Positions 16,078 through 24,431 of a stretch of DNA of 32,000 nucleotides are shown here, one piece after another. The position numbers and the translations under genes were made by a program. Under the pieces are notes generated by a model, which was not told where the DNA came from, made no database searches, and was given only the letters and a program-made list of their open reading frames with translations. Source of the DNA: [Clostridium] leptum DSM 753 (GTDB lineage Bacteria; Bacillota; Clostridia; Oscillospirales; Acutalibacteraceae); the NCBI GenBank assembly GCA_000154345.1, contig DS480348.1, positions 324,832 through 356,831 of the forward strand, in the 5' to 3' direction. Position 1 is the first letter of the stretch. Each line of letters starts with the position of its first letter.

Positions 16078-18441
16078 ATGATTTTGAGGACCAAAGGGGT
16101 AACAATTGGAGCATTAGGAACAAAACGGCATTCCAAGGAAATTCTGCGGGAAACCTTGGCCTCCCAGACGCTGGCAAAGCTGTTGGTGCAGGTCGTTTAT
16201 TTTGGCTTGGGCGTGCTGGCCTCACGGGGAACGGTGTTCGGCGGCTATTCGCCCTTTGGCGTGGCGCTGGCAGCCGCGGCGCCGTTCCCTAATATAATCG
16301 CGGTGACCGCTGGAACAATTGTGGGAAGCCTTCTGCCAGGCGCGGTAAACGAGGGGATACGCTATTTGGCGGCAATTTTAGCCACAGCCGCTATCCGGTG
16401 GACGCTGAACGATCTAAAAAGGCTGAACAAAAGCCAGCTGTATGCTCCTATTGTGGCTTTTGTACCGATCTTCGCTACCGGTATGGCGATGAGCACTGCC
16501 AGCCTGATTACATCCACTACCATCGTTTCCAACCTAACGGAAGCGCTGTTGTCCGCGGGAGCGGCGTATTTCTTTACTCAGACTGTCAAGGTCCTGTCAG
16601 GAAGCAGAGGCGCCGCCGCCTTAAGCCAGCAGGAGCTGGCCTGCGTGGCTTTGACCGGCTGCATCGGCATACTGGCGTTCACCAATGTAATGATCGGCTA
16701 TGTTTCCGTAGGAAGAATTTTAGCGGTGCTGGCGGTGCTTTACTGCGCTCAATACGGCGGCGTAGGCGGCGGCAGCGTTTCAGGTATCGCTACCGGCATC
16801 ATTTTCAGTTTGTCATCCGCTTCGTTAAGCTATATCGCCGGCGCCTACGCCTTCGGCGGCCTGATCGCCGGCCTGTTTTCACCATTGGGAAGAATTGCCG
16901 TAGCGGGCGCGTTTATCCTCTCTAATGGAATTGTCGCCTTGCAAACGGGAAACACTGCTACTGTAGTAGCCGGCGTCTACGAGGTAATGGCGGCGACCTT
17001 ATTATATATGCTGGTTCCAAAATCCGCGACCCAGGGACTGGCGCAGATTTTTACCACGCCTGTGGACAAGCCAAATGTGGACGGTATGCGGCGAAGCGTG
17101 ATTATGCGGCTGGATTTCGCCTCAAAGACTTTATCGGACGTATCCAGCTGTGTGGATGAGGTGTCGAAAAAGCTGAAGCAGATTTCTGTCTCCGACCTGA
17201 ATCAGGTGTATCAGAAAACAGCTACGTCGGTATGCGGGCGCTGCGGCCTCAAGGCGCTGTGCTGGCAGCAGGAATACTCCAACACCATGAACGCCTTTAA
17301 CGATTTGACCCAGGCGCTAAAAGGGAAGCATAAAATCACTCAAGAGGATTTTCCGCAGCATTTCCGGGAAAGGTGCAATAGGCTTTCTGAGGTGGTGGGA
17401 GCGGTCAACCGATATTATACCGGCTACCAGGCCAACGCGGCGGCGGATCGAAGGATCAGCGAGGTGCGGGGGGTGGTCTACGACCAGTTCTGCGGTATGA
17501 GCGAAATTTTAGAGGATATGGCTCAAGAGCTTGAGCTGTATGAAAAATATGATTTTGCCCTTGGAGAGCAGCTGAGCACGATGCTTCGGGCCTCCGGCGT
17601 GCTGCCCATCGACGTGAGCTGCCGGGTAGACCGCTACAATCGGCTTTCCGTAGAGATTGAGGCGGCTAAGGAGGAAGCGGCGGCCCTGTTCAAAAAGGAT
17701 CTTCTGCGGCAGATTGACCGGGTATGCGGAAGAAAAATGGATGCACCCTGTATCAGCACAGCGCCGGACCGGTGCCGGATTCAGTTTAGTGAAAAGCCGG
17801 CGTTCCAGGCGGAATTGGCGATAGCGCAGCATGTGTGCAATAACGGAAGCCTCTGCGGTGATCACTGCACCTACTTTAACGACGGCCTGGGACGCATGGT
17901 GATGATCGTCAGCGACGGCATGGGCAGCGGCGGCCGCGCGGCGGTAGACGGCGCTATGGCCGCAGGAATTTTAGCCAAGCTGGCGAAGGCGGGAATCAGC
18001 TTTGACTGCGCTCTGCGGATCGTCAATTCCGCTTTGCTGGTAAAGTCTGGAGACGAATCGCTGGCAACCTTAGATGTGGCCAGAGTGGATTTGTTTTCCG
18101 GTAAGGCGGAATTCTGCAAGGCCGGGGCAGCGGTCTCTTATGTGGTGAGAAAGGGAAAAATCCACCGGGTGGACCTGCCGTCCTTACCCGCCGGAATTTT
18201 GACGGAAATCAGCTTCGCCAAGGAAACCTATCAGCTTCAGGAGGGAGATCGGCTTCTGATGATATCCGATGGCGTTTTGACGGAAGGGGATGCCTGGCTG
18301 GAGGGAGAACTTCTCACTTGGGAGGATCAGGGAGAGGAGGAATTCGCCCAAAGGATTGTGGAATTAGCCAGGGAGAAAAGAAAGGACGGGCACGACGATG
18401 ATATTACGGTTTTGGCGGCTACCATTCAGATCCTTCCTTAA
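16078..18441 (+). CDS. spoIIE: Stage II sporulation protein E (PP2C phosphatase with polytopic membrane domain)
   Basis: 787 aa: ~320 aa of multiple TM segments, a central regulatory region, and a C-terminal PP2C domain (GDHCTYF, MVMIVSDGMGSGGRAA, LLMISDGV, DDDITVLA). Confidence 0.9.
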   Translation: MILRTKGVTIGALGTKRHSKEILRETLASQTLAKLLVQVVYFGLGVLASRGTVFGGYSPFGVALAAAAPFPNIIAVTAGTIVGSLLPGAVNEGIRYLAAILATAAIRWTLNDLKRLNKSQLYAPIVAFVPIFATGMAMSTASLITSTTIVSNLTEALLSAGAAYFFTQTVKVLSGSRGAAALSQQELACVALTGCIGILAFTNVMIGYVSVGRILAVLAVLYCAQYGGVGGGSVSGIATGIIFSLSSASLSYIAGAYAFGGLIAGLFSPLGRIAVAGAFILSNGIVALQTGNTATVVAGVYEVMAATLLYMLVPKSATQGLAQIFTTPVDKPNVDGMRRSVIMRLDFASKTLSDVSSCVDEVSKKLKQISVSDLNQVYQKTATSVCGRCGLKALCWQQEYSNTMNAFNDLTQALKGKHKITQEDFPQHFRERCNRLSEVVGAVNRYYTGYQANAAADRRISEVRGVVYDQFCGMSEILEDMAQELELYEKYDFALGEQLSTMLRASGVLPIDVSCRVDRYNRLSVEIEAAKEEAAALFKKDLLRQIDRVCGRKMDAPCISTAPDRCRIQFSEKPAFQAELAIAQHVCNNGSLCGDHCTYFNDGLGRMVMIVSDGMGSGGRAAVDGAMAAGILAKLAKAGISFDCALRIVNSALLVKSGDESLATLDVARVDLFSGKAEFCKAGAAVSYVVRKGKIHRVDLPSLPAGILTEISFAKETYQLQEGDRLLMISDGVLTEGDAWLEGELLTWEDQGEEEFAQRIVELAREKRKDGHDDDITVLAATIQILP

Positions 18442-18589
18442 ACATCAGTTTTGGCCAGTAGGCTTTGGCCAGCAGGCGGTTAGCCGGTAAAACAGCGCGG
18501 GCGGTGTTTTCTGTAATGAGAAAAATGGACTGGAGTGGCTGAGGCTCCACATTGATTGTTCAGGCCCTGGCGGCACTCATCTGAAAAGC

Positions 18590-18630
18590 AACAGGCCCGG
18601 AACCATTCGGCTCCGGGCCTGTTTTCTTGT
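18590..18630 (+). terminator. Rho-independent terminator of spoIIE
   Basis: 12-bp stem aacaggcccgga/tccgggcctgtt followed by TTTCTTGTT. Confidence 0.75.
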
Positions 18631-18734
18631 TCAGAAAGAGGCTCCACGGCAAAACCAAAAAACAGGAGAAGATAGAAAAAAGGCCTTGGCAGATCAATAG
18701 GTTCAAGCCAGAGCGGGATAAAAGCAGCCTGTTT

Positions 18735-18860
18735 CTCAATAAAAAGATTTAGGAGAGATGGAGAAAATAAAAAATTGCGGTAAGCATGAAAAACGATCAA
18801 GGCTGGCTGATTTACCAGCTGTAGGACGGGCGATGGGGAGATATTTTTAAGCCTCCCGCT
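18735..18860 (+). repeat. Intergenic repeat element, copy A
   Basis: Shares a 21-nt exact core ttaccagctgtaggacgggcg (18812-18832) with 25789-25809. About 39 of 46 nt are identical through ...gatattttt.agcctc, and weaker alignable sequence extends ~80 nt upstream. Confidence 0.7.
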
Positions 18861-19264
18861 GGTTTACGAACAAATTTAACCATTGGGCAGGCAGCCCCGG
18901 CTCAGCCGGTGAATAGGACGTTCGCCCGCAAAAGCACCCGCGGCGTAAGCCGGGCAGCGCAAGCTGACAGCGGCAGGAAATCACCGGAGCTGTCATTAGC
19001 AAAAGCGGCTGCCTTTCTGGAAGGCAAAGCAAGCGCCGCAACGGAAATAAATTCAGCGTGCCCTGAAACGCCTGACGGGGATAGCCCTGATAGGATCAGC
19101 TTGAGCACCGGCTTTTACGGGAAAGCTGTGGCATTATGGCGCTGCTGAAGGGCAGCCTGTTTATAGCCGCGGTAAGAGTTCGGGCTGGGGCCTTCGCTGT
19201 CCGGCTTTGGGATGTCCGCCGGCCGGGGCTTCAAGCTTCATCGTATTCGGCAAGACCAGAGCCT

Positions 19265-19804
19265 CTAGCGGCTTAGGTTTCTGGAGATTTTACGCAGCAC
19301 CCAGCTTAGATACAAGACGAAAAACAGGCAGATGAGGAAAGCCGGCGCTAACCCATAAAGGCCCCTGTATTGCTGAAAGGCGGCGTGTACGGCCATTCCT
19401 ACGGCTGCACCAATCAGTCCAAGCAAGGCTATCAGGAAACAGGCAAGAACAGCGTTTCGCACCCGCTTGTTTCTTCGGGTTAGGCTATCCTGGTCGGTAA
19501 AGGATTCCGGACGTTCCCCCGTATATTCCTTTCTCCAGATAAAGCAGCTTGCCATTTGGCCCATAAATTCCCAGCCAAACTGCTGATAAGTGGCTTTATA
19601 ATCTTTTTTTGGAAAAGCGTTCAGGTCAAAGACATACCGGTACTGTTTGGGTTCCGTTTTGTGGAAGGTCATCCGGATAGAATCCCATTGGCGGATCCGC
19701 TGAAGATTCCAGCCTTGCTTTGCCAGCGTTTCCAGCCAAGCTTCATAGTCCGCGGGAACAACCCAGCGATAAGCGGAAAACCAAACGGTTTTCGTGTTTT
19801 TCAT
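19265..19804 (-). CDS. DUF2812 domain-containing membrane protein
   Basis: 179 aa. N-terminal DYEAWLETLAKQGWNL...YRYVFD pattern and two C-terminal TM segments. Its ATG overlaps the padR stop (ATGA). Confidence 0.75.
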   Translation of the reverse strand: MKNTKTVWFSAYRWVVPADYEAWLETLAKQGWNLQRIRQWDSIRMTFHKTEPKQYRYVFDLNAFPKKDYKATYQQFGWEFMGQMASCFIWRKEYTGERPESFTDQDSLTRRNKRVRNAVLACFLIALLGLIGAAVGMAVHAAFQQYRGLYGLAPAFLICLFFVLYLSWVLRKISRNLSR

Positions 19805-20118
19805 AGCAATTCCTCCGCAAGCTTTGATAGCGCTATAATGCGCCGGGCTTCTTCTCTGAGCAGCTCCTCTCCGAGCCCGGTGATGAGATACTGCTTTTTT
19901 CGGTCGATTTCCCGGGTGGGACGGATCAACCGGTCTCTTTCCAACTTTTGCAGGGTTTGATAAATAGTGCCGGCCCCAAGCACAATACGGCCCTGGGTAA
20001 TTTCCTTTACATGGAGCATAATCCCATAGCCGTGGCGCTCCTGCCGAAGAGAGGAAAGAATATAAAACATGGTTTCGCTCATGGGAAGGAGCTTCTTTTT
20101 TAAGCCGTCCGCCGTCAA
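19801..20118 (-). CDS. PadR family transcriptional regulator
   Basis: 105 aa. YILSSL...HGYGI...GTIYQTLQKLERDRLI winged-helix pattern. TTG start 5 nt after GGAGGTG. Confidence 0.85.
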   Translation of the reverse strand: MTADGLKKKLLPMSETMFYILSSLRQERHGYGIMLHVKEITQGRIVLGAGTIYQTLQKLERDRLIRPTREIDRKKQYLITGLGEELLREEARRIIALSKLAEELL

Positions 20119-20402
20119 ATGATCACCTCCCGGCCGGAAAGTATTTGATGGTACTCCTTATAAGCGATACAGCCGATAGCCCGAGTTCGTCCAACAGTGC
20201 CCGTCTCCCGTATCTGTCTTAAGAACGCCGGGGTTTATTCCGGCTGCGGCTCCTGCCCCACAGCACGCGGCAGGCTCCTTTTTTCCAGAGGGGCACTCTT
20301 ACCGCCTCTTATTTTCTGTCATCGGTCCATTTTGAACAATTTATCAAGAGAAAGCATTTTGGAAGCTTTGGCCGGCTTTGCCCGCTGCTTTCACAGCAGC
20401 AA

Positions 20403-20451
20403 TATATCACGTTGTGATATACAGTATACATCGCGTCGTGATATATGTCAA
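20403..20451 (-). promoter_or_regulatory. Strong sigma-A promoter with palindromic operator, oriented toward padR
   Basis: On the minus strand: TTGACA (20451-20446), 17-nt spacer, TATACT (20428-20423). The palindrome TATATCAC-N3-GTGATATA (20403-20421) lies just downstream of the -10, and a third TATATCAC half-site sits in the spacer (20438-20445). Confidence 0.55.
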
Positions 20452-20453
20452 GT

Positions 20454-20483
20454 AAAAAAAGGCTCTGAAATTACTTCAGAGCC
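20454..20483 (-). terminator. Rho-independent terminator of the metG-tatD-rSAM operon
   Basis: ggctctgaa/ttcagagcc stem followed, on the minus strand, by a run of 7 U. Confidence 0.8.
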
Positions 20484-20518
20484 TGATGAATTTATTCCGA
20501 AAGGGCTTGCGGGAGATA

Positions 20519-21124
20519 TTAATCCTCAATATAGGCGCGTATCCGGAATAAAGCGCCGGTTTGCCTTGCCAGGCGCTCGCACTCCGCGATCTCCTTCTGA
20601 GACATATCCTTATCCACTACGGAAAGCACCACTTGAGGAACATAGACGCTGACCTGCCGGGTAAAGGAAAGAATAGCGGGCAGAGCGTCCAGGCCGAATT
20701 GAGAGTGGCAGAGCTCCTGATATTTTTCGGGAGTAGAGGCGTTTAAGCTGATAGAAATAATATCCACCAGGCCGTCGAATTCAGAAGCGGTTTTCCGGCC
20801 GTTGATTAAATCGGAAAGGCCGTTGGTGTTCACCCGGATAGAAATATGGCTGGCCTGGCGCACCTTGCCGCAAAGCCAGAGCATATCCTCCAGCCGGCAG
20901 GTAGGCTCCCCATAACCACAGAATACCAGCTCTGGGTAGGCGTTTAGATCCCGCTTGGAAAGATCCTCCCAGATTTCATCTCTGGTAGGCTCCCGGTCCA
21001 GCCACAGGGATTCGGCGTCGCCTACGCCGGGACCGTGAGTCCGCAGGCAAAAATCACAGGCGTTGGGACACCGGTTGGTCAGGTTCACATAAAGCTTTCC
21101 GCCTAAAGTATAAGTAATCGTCAA
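20519..21124 (-). CDS. TatD-associated radical SAM protein
   Basis: CX3CX2C cluster (NRCPNACDFC) close to the N-terminus, ~200 aa, directly downstream of tatD as in the TatD-linked rSAM family. I prefer the TTG at 21124 after AAAGGA. The ORF stays open up to 21421 (see findings). Confidence 0.75.
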   Translation of the reverse strand: MTITYTLGGKLYVNLTNRCPNACDFCLRTHGPGVGDAESLWLDREPTRDEIWEDLSKRDLNAYPELVFCGYGEPTCRLEDMLWLCGKVRQASHISIRVNTNGLSDLINGRKTASEFDGLVDIISISLNASTPEKYQELCHSQFGLDALPAILSFTRQVSVYVPQVVLSVVDKDMSQKEIAECERLARQTGALFRIRAYIED

Positions 21125-21417
21125 AATAAAACAGTCCTTTGAGTTAATGAAAAGATCAGAATAAAAGTAAATTTTTCTGTCAAAAGGGAAAAAGCAAGGC
21201 GCAAACGGCAGAAAAGAACAAAAGAGAGCGAAGGGCTCCTTTGCGGGGCCGCACAGCGCCTGGCGAGAGCGCAAAAGCGCCGGAGACCGCCGCGGAACAA
21301 GCAAAGCCTTGCTTCCCAGTTCGAGGACCTCCGGGGCTGTCCCTTGAAGCAGGGCCGGCGGCCGGTCAAATCGGAAGCGCGGCAGCACCGGGCGGGCCCG
21401 GCTTTCGGCGGAGCGGT

Positions 21418-22185
21418 TCAAATAGAGAAAAGGGCGCGGGCGTTCTCAAAAGAGGCGTTCAGCACCTGCTCGGCGGAAATCCCTCTGATTTCAGCGATTT
21501 TTTCCGCCACATAACGAATCAGAGAGGAATCGTTCCGTTTTCCCCGGCAGGGGACCGGCGCCATGTAAGGCGCGTCGGTTTCCAGCAGAAGGCGGTCCAA
21601 TGGGACAGCTCCGGCGGCCTCTACCGGATGGCGGGCGTTTTTAAAGGTTACAGAGCCTCCAAAGCCGAGATACAGTCCCAGCTTTACCGCCTGGCGGGCG
21701 GTCTCGACGCTGCCCGAAAAGCAGTGGAGAACCCCTTTGGGCTTGTGCTTTTGCAGCAGCTCCATGGTGTCCCCATGGGCCTCCCGGTCATGGATAATAA
21801 CGGGCAGGCACAGCCTTTTGGCCAGCAGAAGCTGGTCTTCAAAAAAACGCTTCTGAACGTCGGGAGAGGCGTTTTCCTCCCAATAATAATCCAGCCCAAT
21901 TTCGCCGATGGCCACCACCTTTGGCTTCGCCGCAAGCCTTTCCAGCTGTTCCAGATAATCCTCGGGAACACCCTTGACCTCCTCCGGATGAACGCCCACC
22001 GCAGCATAAACGTAAGGATAGGCTTCGGCCAGCGCAACGGCAGTCCGTGAGCTTTCCAGGGAAGCGCCGCAGTTGACTACGCCGCCTACGCCGTTTTGGG
22101 GCAAGGCGGCGAGAAGCTCGCCGCGGTCGCGGTCAAAGGCTTTATCGTCATAATGGGCGTGGGAATCAAAAATCAAGCCGTTCAT
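21418..22185 (-). CDS. tatD: TatD family metal-dependent hydrolase
   Basis: FDSHAHYDD, IGEIGLDYYW, VIIHDREAH, LHCFSGS and LLETDAPY motifs. Its ATG overlaps the metG stop (ATGA). Confidence 0.9.
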   Translation of the reverse strand: MNGLIFDSHAHYDDKAFDRDRGELLAALPQNGVGGVVNCGASLESSRTAVALAEAYPYVYAAVGVHPEEVKGVPEDYLEQLERLAAKPKVVAIGEIGLDYYWEENASPDVQKRFFEDQLLLAKRLCLPVIIHDREAHGDTMELLQKHKPKGVLHCFSGSVETARQAVKLGLYLGFGGSVTFKNARHPVEAAGAVPLDRLLLETDAPYMAPVPCRGKRNDSSLIRYVAEKIAEIRGISAEQVLNASFENARALFSI

Positions 22186-24134
22186 CGGATTTTGCTCCCG
22201 GCGGGAATCTCGTCCACAAAAATCACCTTTACGTCACCGCCGGCGCAGTCGGCGGCTAAAATCATGCCGCAGCTCTCCACACCGCACAGCACGGCGGGCT
22301 TTAGATTGGCTACCAAAACAACGTGCCGGCCCACCAACTGGTCAGGAGTATAATATTTCGCGATGCCGGAAGCCACGACCCGCTGGCCCTGACCGTCGTT
22401 CAGGGTCAGCTTCAGAAGCTTTTTCGCTCTTTTGACCGGCTCACAGGCTATGATTTCCGCCACCCGCAGCTCAACCTTGGCGAAATCATCGATGCCGATC
22501 ATAGCTACGCCCTCGACAGGCTGCTCCCGCTTCGGCGCCTCCGCCTTTTTCTCAGCCGGCTTCTGAATCAGGATCTCATCCAGCTCGGCAATTTCCTTGG
22601 CTACGTCGATCCGCGGAAACAGGGTTTCGCCCTTGCTGACGACAGCGTCAGCGGGAAGCAGGCCCCACTGATCGGCGCTGTCCCAATTGCAGACGTCAGC
22701 GCCGGCGCCGATCTGAGCTTGAATTTTAGGCGCTGTTTCCGGCATGAAGGGAGTGATCAAAATAGAGACGATCCGCAGGCACTCGCACAGGTTGTACAAC
22801 ACCGCCGCTAAGCGAGGCGCCTTATCCGGAGCCTTGCCTAAGGCCCAGGGCATAGTCTCGTCGATATATTTGTTGGAGCGGGCGATCAGCTTCCATACCT
22901 CCGCCAGAGCGTTGGAAAATTGGAAGCCGTCCATGCTTTCCTCATAGCGCCCGCGCAGGGAGGTTGCCATAGCCACCAGGTCTTGATCCAGATCCTCGGC
23001 CTGACGCTGGGCGGGAATGGAGCCGCCGAAATATTTCTGCACCATAGCGGTAGTCCGGGAAAGCAGATTGCCCAGATCATTGGCCAGGTCGTAATTGATG
23101 CGGTTGATTAAGGCTTCGTTGGTGAAAAGGCCGTCGGCGCCGAAGGGAATCTCCCGCAGAAGGAAATATCGGATGGCGTCCACGCCGTAGCGGTCGCAGA
23201 GGATCACCGGGTCTACCACATTGCCCTTGGACTTGGACATCTTGCTGCCGTCTCCGAACAGGAGCCAGCCGTGGCCGTAGACCTGCTTGGGCAAGGGAAG
23301 ATCCAAAGCCATCAGGATCGCGGGCCAAATAATGGTGTGGAACCGTACGATCTCCTTGCCGATGAAATGGACATCCGCCGGCCAGTATTTCCGGTAATCG
23401 GAGTCGTCGCCGGAGCCGTAGCCCATGGCGGTGATGTAGTTGGTCAGAGCGTCCAGCCAAACGTAAACCACATGCTTGGGGTCAAAATCCACCGGAATCC
23501 CCCAGGTGAAGCTGGTTCTGGATACACACAGGTCATCCAGGCCGTTTTTGATAAACTGAATCATCTCGTTTTTCCGGCTCTCCGGCTGGATAAAGTCCGG
23601 CTGATCCTCGTAAAGCTTCAGCAGCCTGTCGGCATAGTTTCCCAGCTTAAAGAAATAGGCTTCCTCCTCGGCCCACTTTACCTCACGGCCGCAGTCGGGG
23701 CATTTGCCGTCCTTCAGCTGGGTTTCCGTCCAAAAGGACTCGCAAGGGGTGCAGTACCAGCCCTCATATTTGCCCTTGTAGATTTCACCCCGGTCATAAA
23801 GCTCTTTGAAAATTTTCTGCACCGCTTTTACATGGTAATCGTCGGTGGTGCGGATAAACCGGTCGTTGCTGATATTTAGAAGCTTCCAAAGCTCCTGAAA
23901 GCCGGCTACGATCTCGTCCACATACTCCTTGGGCGTGACCCCGGCCTTGGCGGCGTTCAGCTCGATTTTTTGGCCATGCTCGTCGGTGCCGGTAAGGAAC
24001 ATGACGTCATAGCCTTGCATTCTCTTGTATCTGGCAATCGCATCGGTAGCCACCGTGCAGTAGCTGTGGCCGATATGGGCTTTTCCCGAAGGATAATAAA
24101 TCGGCGTGGTAATATAAAAGGTCTTTTGATCCAT
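22182..24134 (-). CDS. metG: Methionine--tRNA ligase with C-terminal tRNA-binding (EMAP/Trbp111-like) domain
   Basis: TTPIYYPSGKAHIGHSY (HIGH motif), KMSKSKGN (KMSKS motif), CPxC zinc knuckles and a C-terminal OB tRNA-binding domain. The ATG at 24134 follows GGGGAGG. Confidence 0.95.
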   Translation of the reverse strand: MDQKTFYITTPIYYPSGKAHIGHSYCTVATDAIARYKRMQGYDVMFLTGTDEHGQKIELNAAKAGVTPKEYVDEIVAGFQELWKLLNISNDRFIRTTDDYHVKAVQKIFKELYDRGEIYKGKYEGWYCTPCESFWTETQLKDGKCPDCGREVKWAEEEAYFFKLGNYADRLLKLYEDQPDFIQPESRKNEMIQFIKNGLDDLCVSRTSFTWGIPVDFDPKHVVYVWLDALTNYITAMGYGSGDDSDYRKYWPADVHFIGKEIVRFHTIIWPAILMALDLPLPKQVYGHGWLLFGDGSKMSKSKGNVVDPVILCDRYGVDAIRYFLLREIPFGADGLFTNEALINRINYDLANDLGNLLSRTTAMVQKYFGGSIPAQRQAEDLDQDLVAMATSLRGRYEESMDGFQFSNALAEVWKLIARSNKYIDETMPWALGKAPDKAPRLAAVLYNLCECLRIVSILITPFMPETAPKIQAQIGAGADVCNWDSADQWGLLPADAVVSKGETLFPRIDVAKEIAELDEILIQKPAEKKAEAPKREQPVEGVAMIGIDDFAKVELRVAEIIACEPVKRAKKLLKLTLNDGQGQRVVASGIAKYYTPDQLVGRHVVLVANLKPAVLCGVESCGMILAADCAGGDVKVIFVDEIPAGSKIR

Positions 24135-24168
24135 GGTAAAATTACCTCCCCAAAAATCATATAAAGTT

Positions 24169-24196
24169 ATTATACCATTTTCAAAGCAAAATTCAA
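24169..24196 (-). promoter_or_regulatory. Sigma-A-type promoter of metG
   Basis: On the minus strand: TTGAAT (24196-24191), 16-nt spacer, TGgTATAAT (TATAAT at 24174-24169). The leader is short, leaving no room for a T-box. Confidence 0.55.
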
Positions 24197-24246
24197 CCAA
24201 AACCCCCGGCGATCCGAAGAAAACAGATGATTTTCACACTTTTTTC

Positions 24247-24255
24247 TGCTATAAT
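24247..24255 (+). promoter_or_regulatory. Extended -10 promoter element (TGcTATAAT) upstream of the DUF3048 gene
   Basis: TGCTATAAT at 24247-24255 with a weak -35. It is ~175 nt upstream of the ATG at 24432 and shares the 14-mer TGCTATAATATAAC with 12253-12266. Confidence 0.4.
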
Positions 24256-24431
24256 ATAACAGTATGAAATAAGCGTTTGAAAGTGATTTCAGGCTGGCCC
24301 TGCGCTTTTGAGAGCGGAACGAAAGGTACGGATCAGCCCAGAAGCGGCTTTCCTTATGCTCACCCCCGCCGTTAAAGGCCTGGATTTTTCCGGAAAGATA
24401 GGGCGAGTGAAAAATTAAAAGGATGGATAAA

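Noticed and set aside
18758-18850. 30-codon ORF across repeat copy A (MEKIKNCGKHEKRSRLADLPAVGRAMGRYF), and the corresponding ORF in copy B.
   Set aside because: The RBS-like AGGAGAG abuts the ATG with no usable spacing. The two copies align only with frame-breaking indels upstream of the core, and their C-termini differ.
18480-19148. ORFs in the spoIIE-DUF2812 intergenic tract (18480-18800, 18847-19041, 18902-19108, 18909-19148).
   Set aside because: They span a terminator hairpin or overlap one another. None has an RBS, and the sequences are biased with no motifs.
20197-20652. 151-aa + strand ORF between padR and the rSAM gene.
   Set aside because: It crosses the operon terminator, the promoter/operator and the 3' end of the rSAM gene. 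It has a non-ATG start without an RBS.
21125-21421. Treating the rSAM gene as a 300-aa protein starting at the TTG that overlaps the tatD stop.
   Set aside because: The extra 99 residues look like translated non-coding DNA, and family members are ~200 aa, so I did not adopt this as the primary call. I could not exclude it and kept it as a finding.
24135-24431. A possible T-box or other riboswitch upstream of metG, or in the ~175-nt leader of the DUF3048 gene.
   Set aside because: The metG promoter sits ~35 nt from the start codon, which leaves no room for a T-box. The DUF3048 leader shows no specifier, T-box or known riboswitch core that I can recognise.
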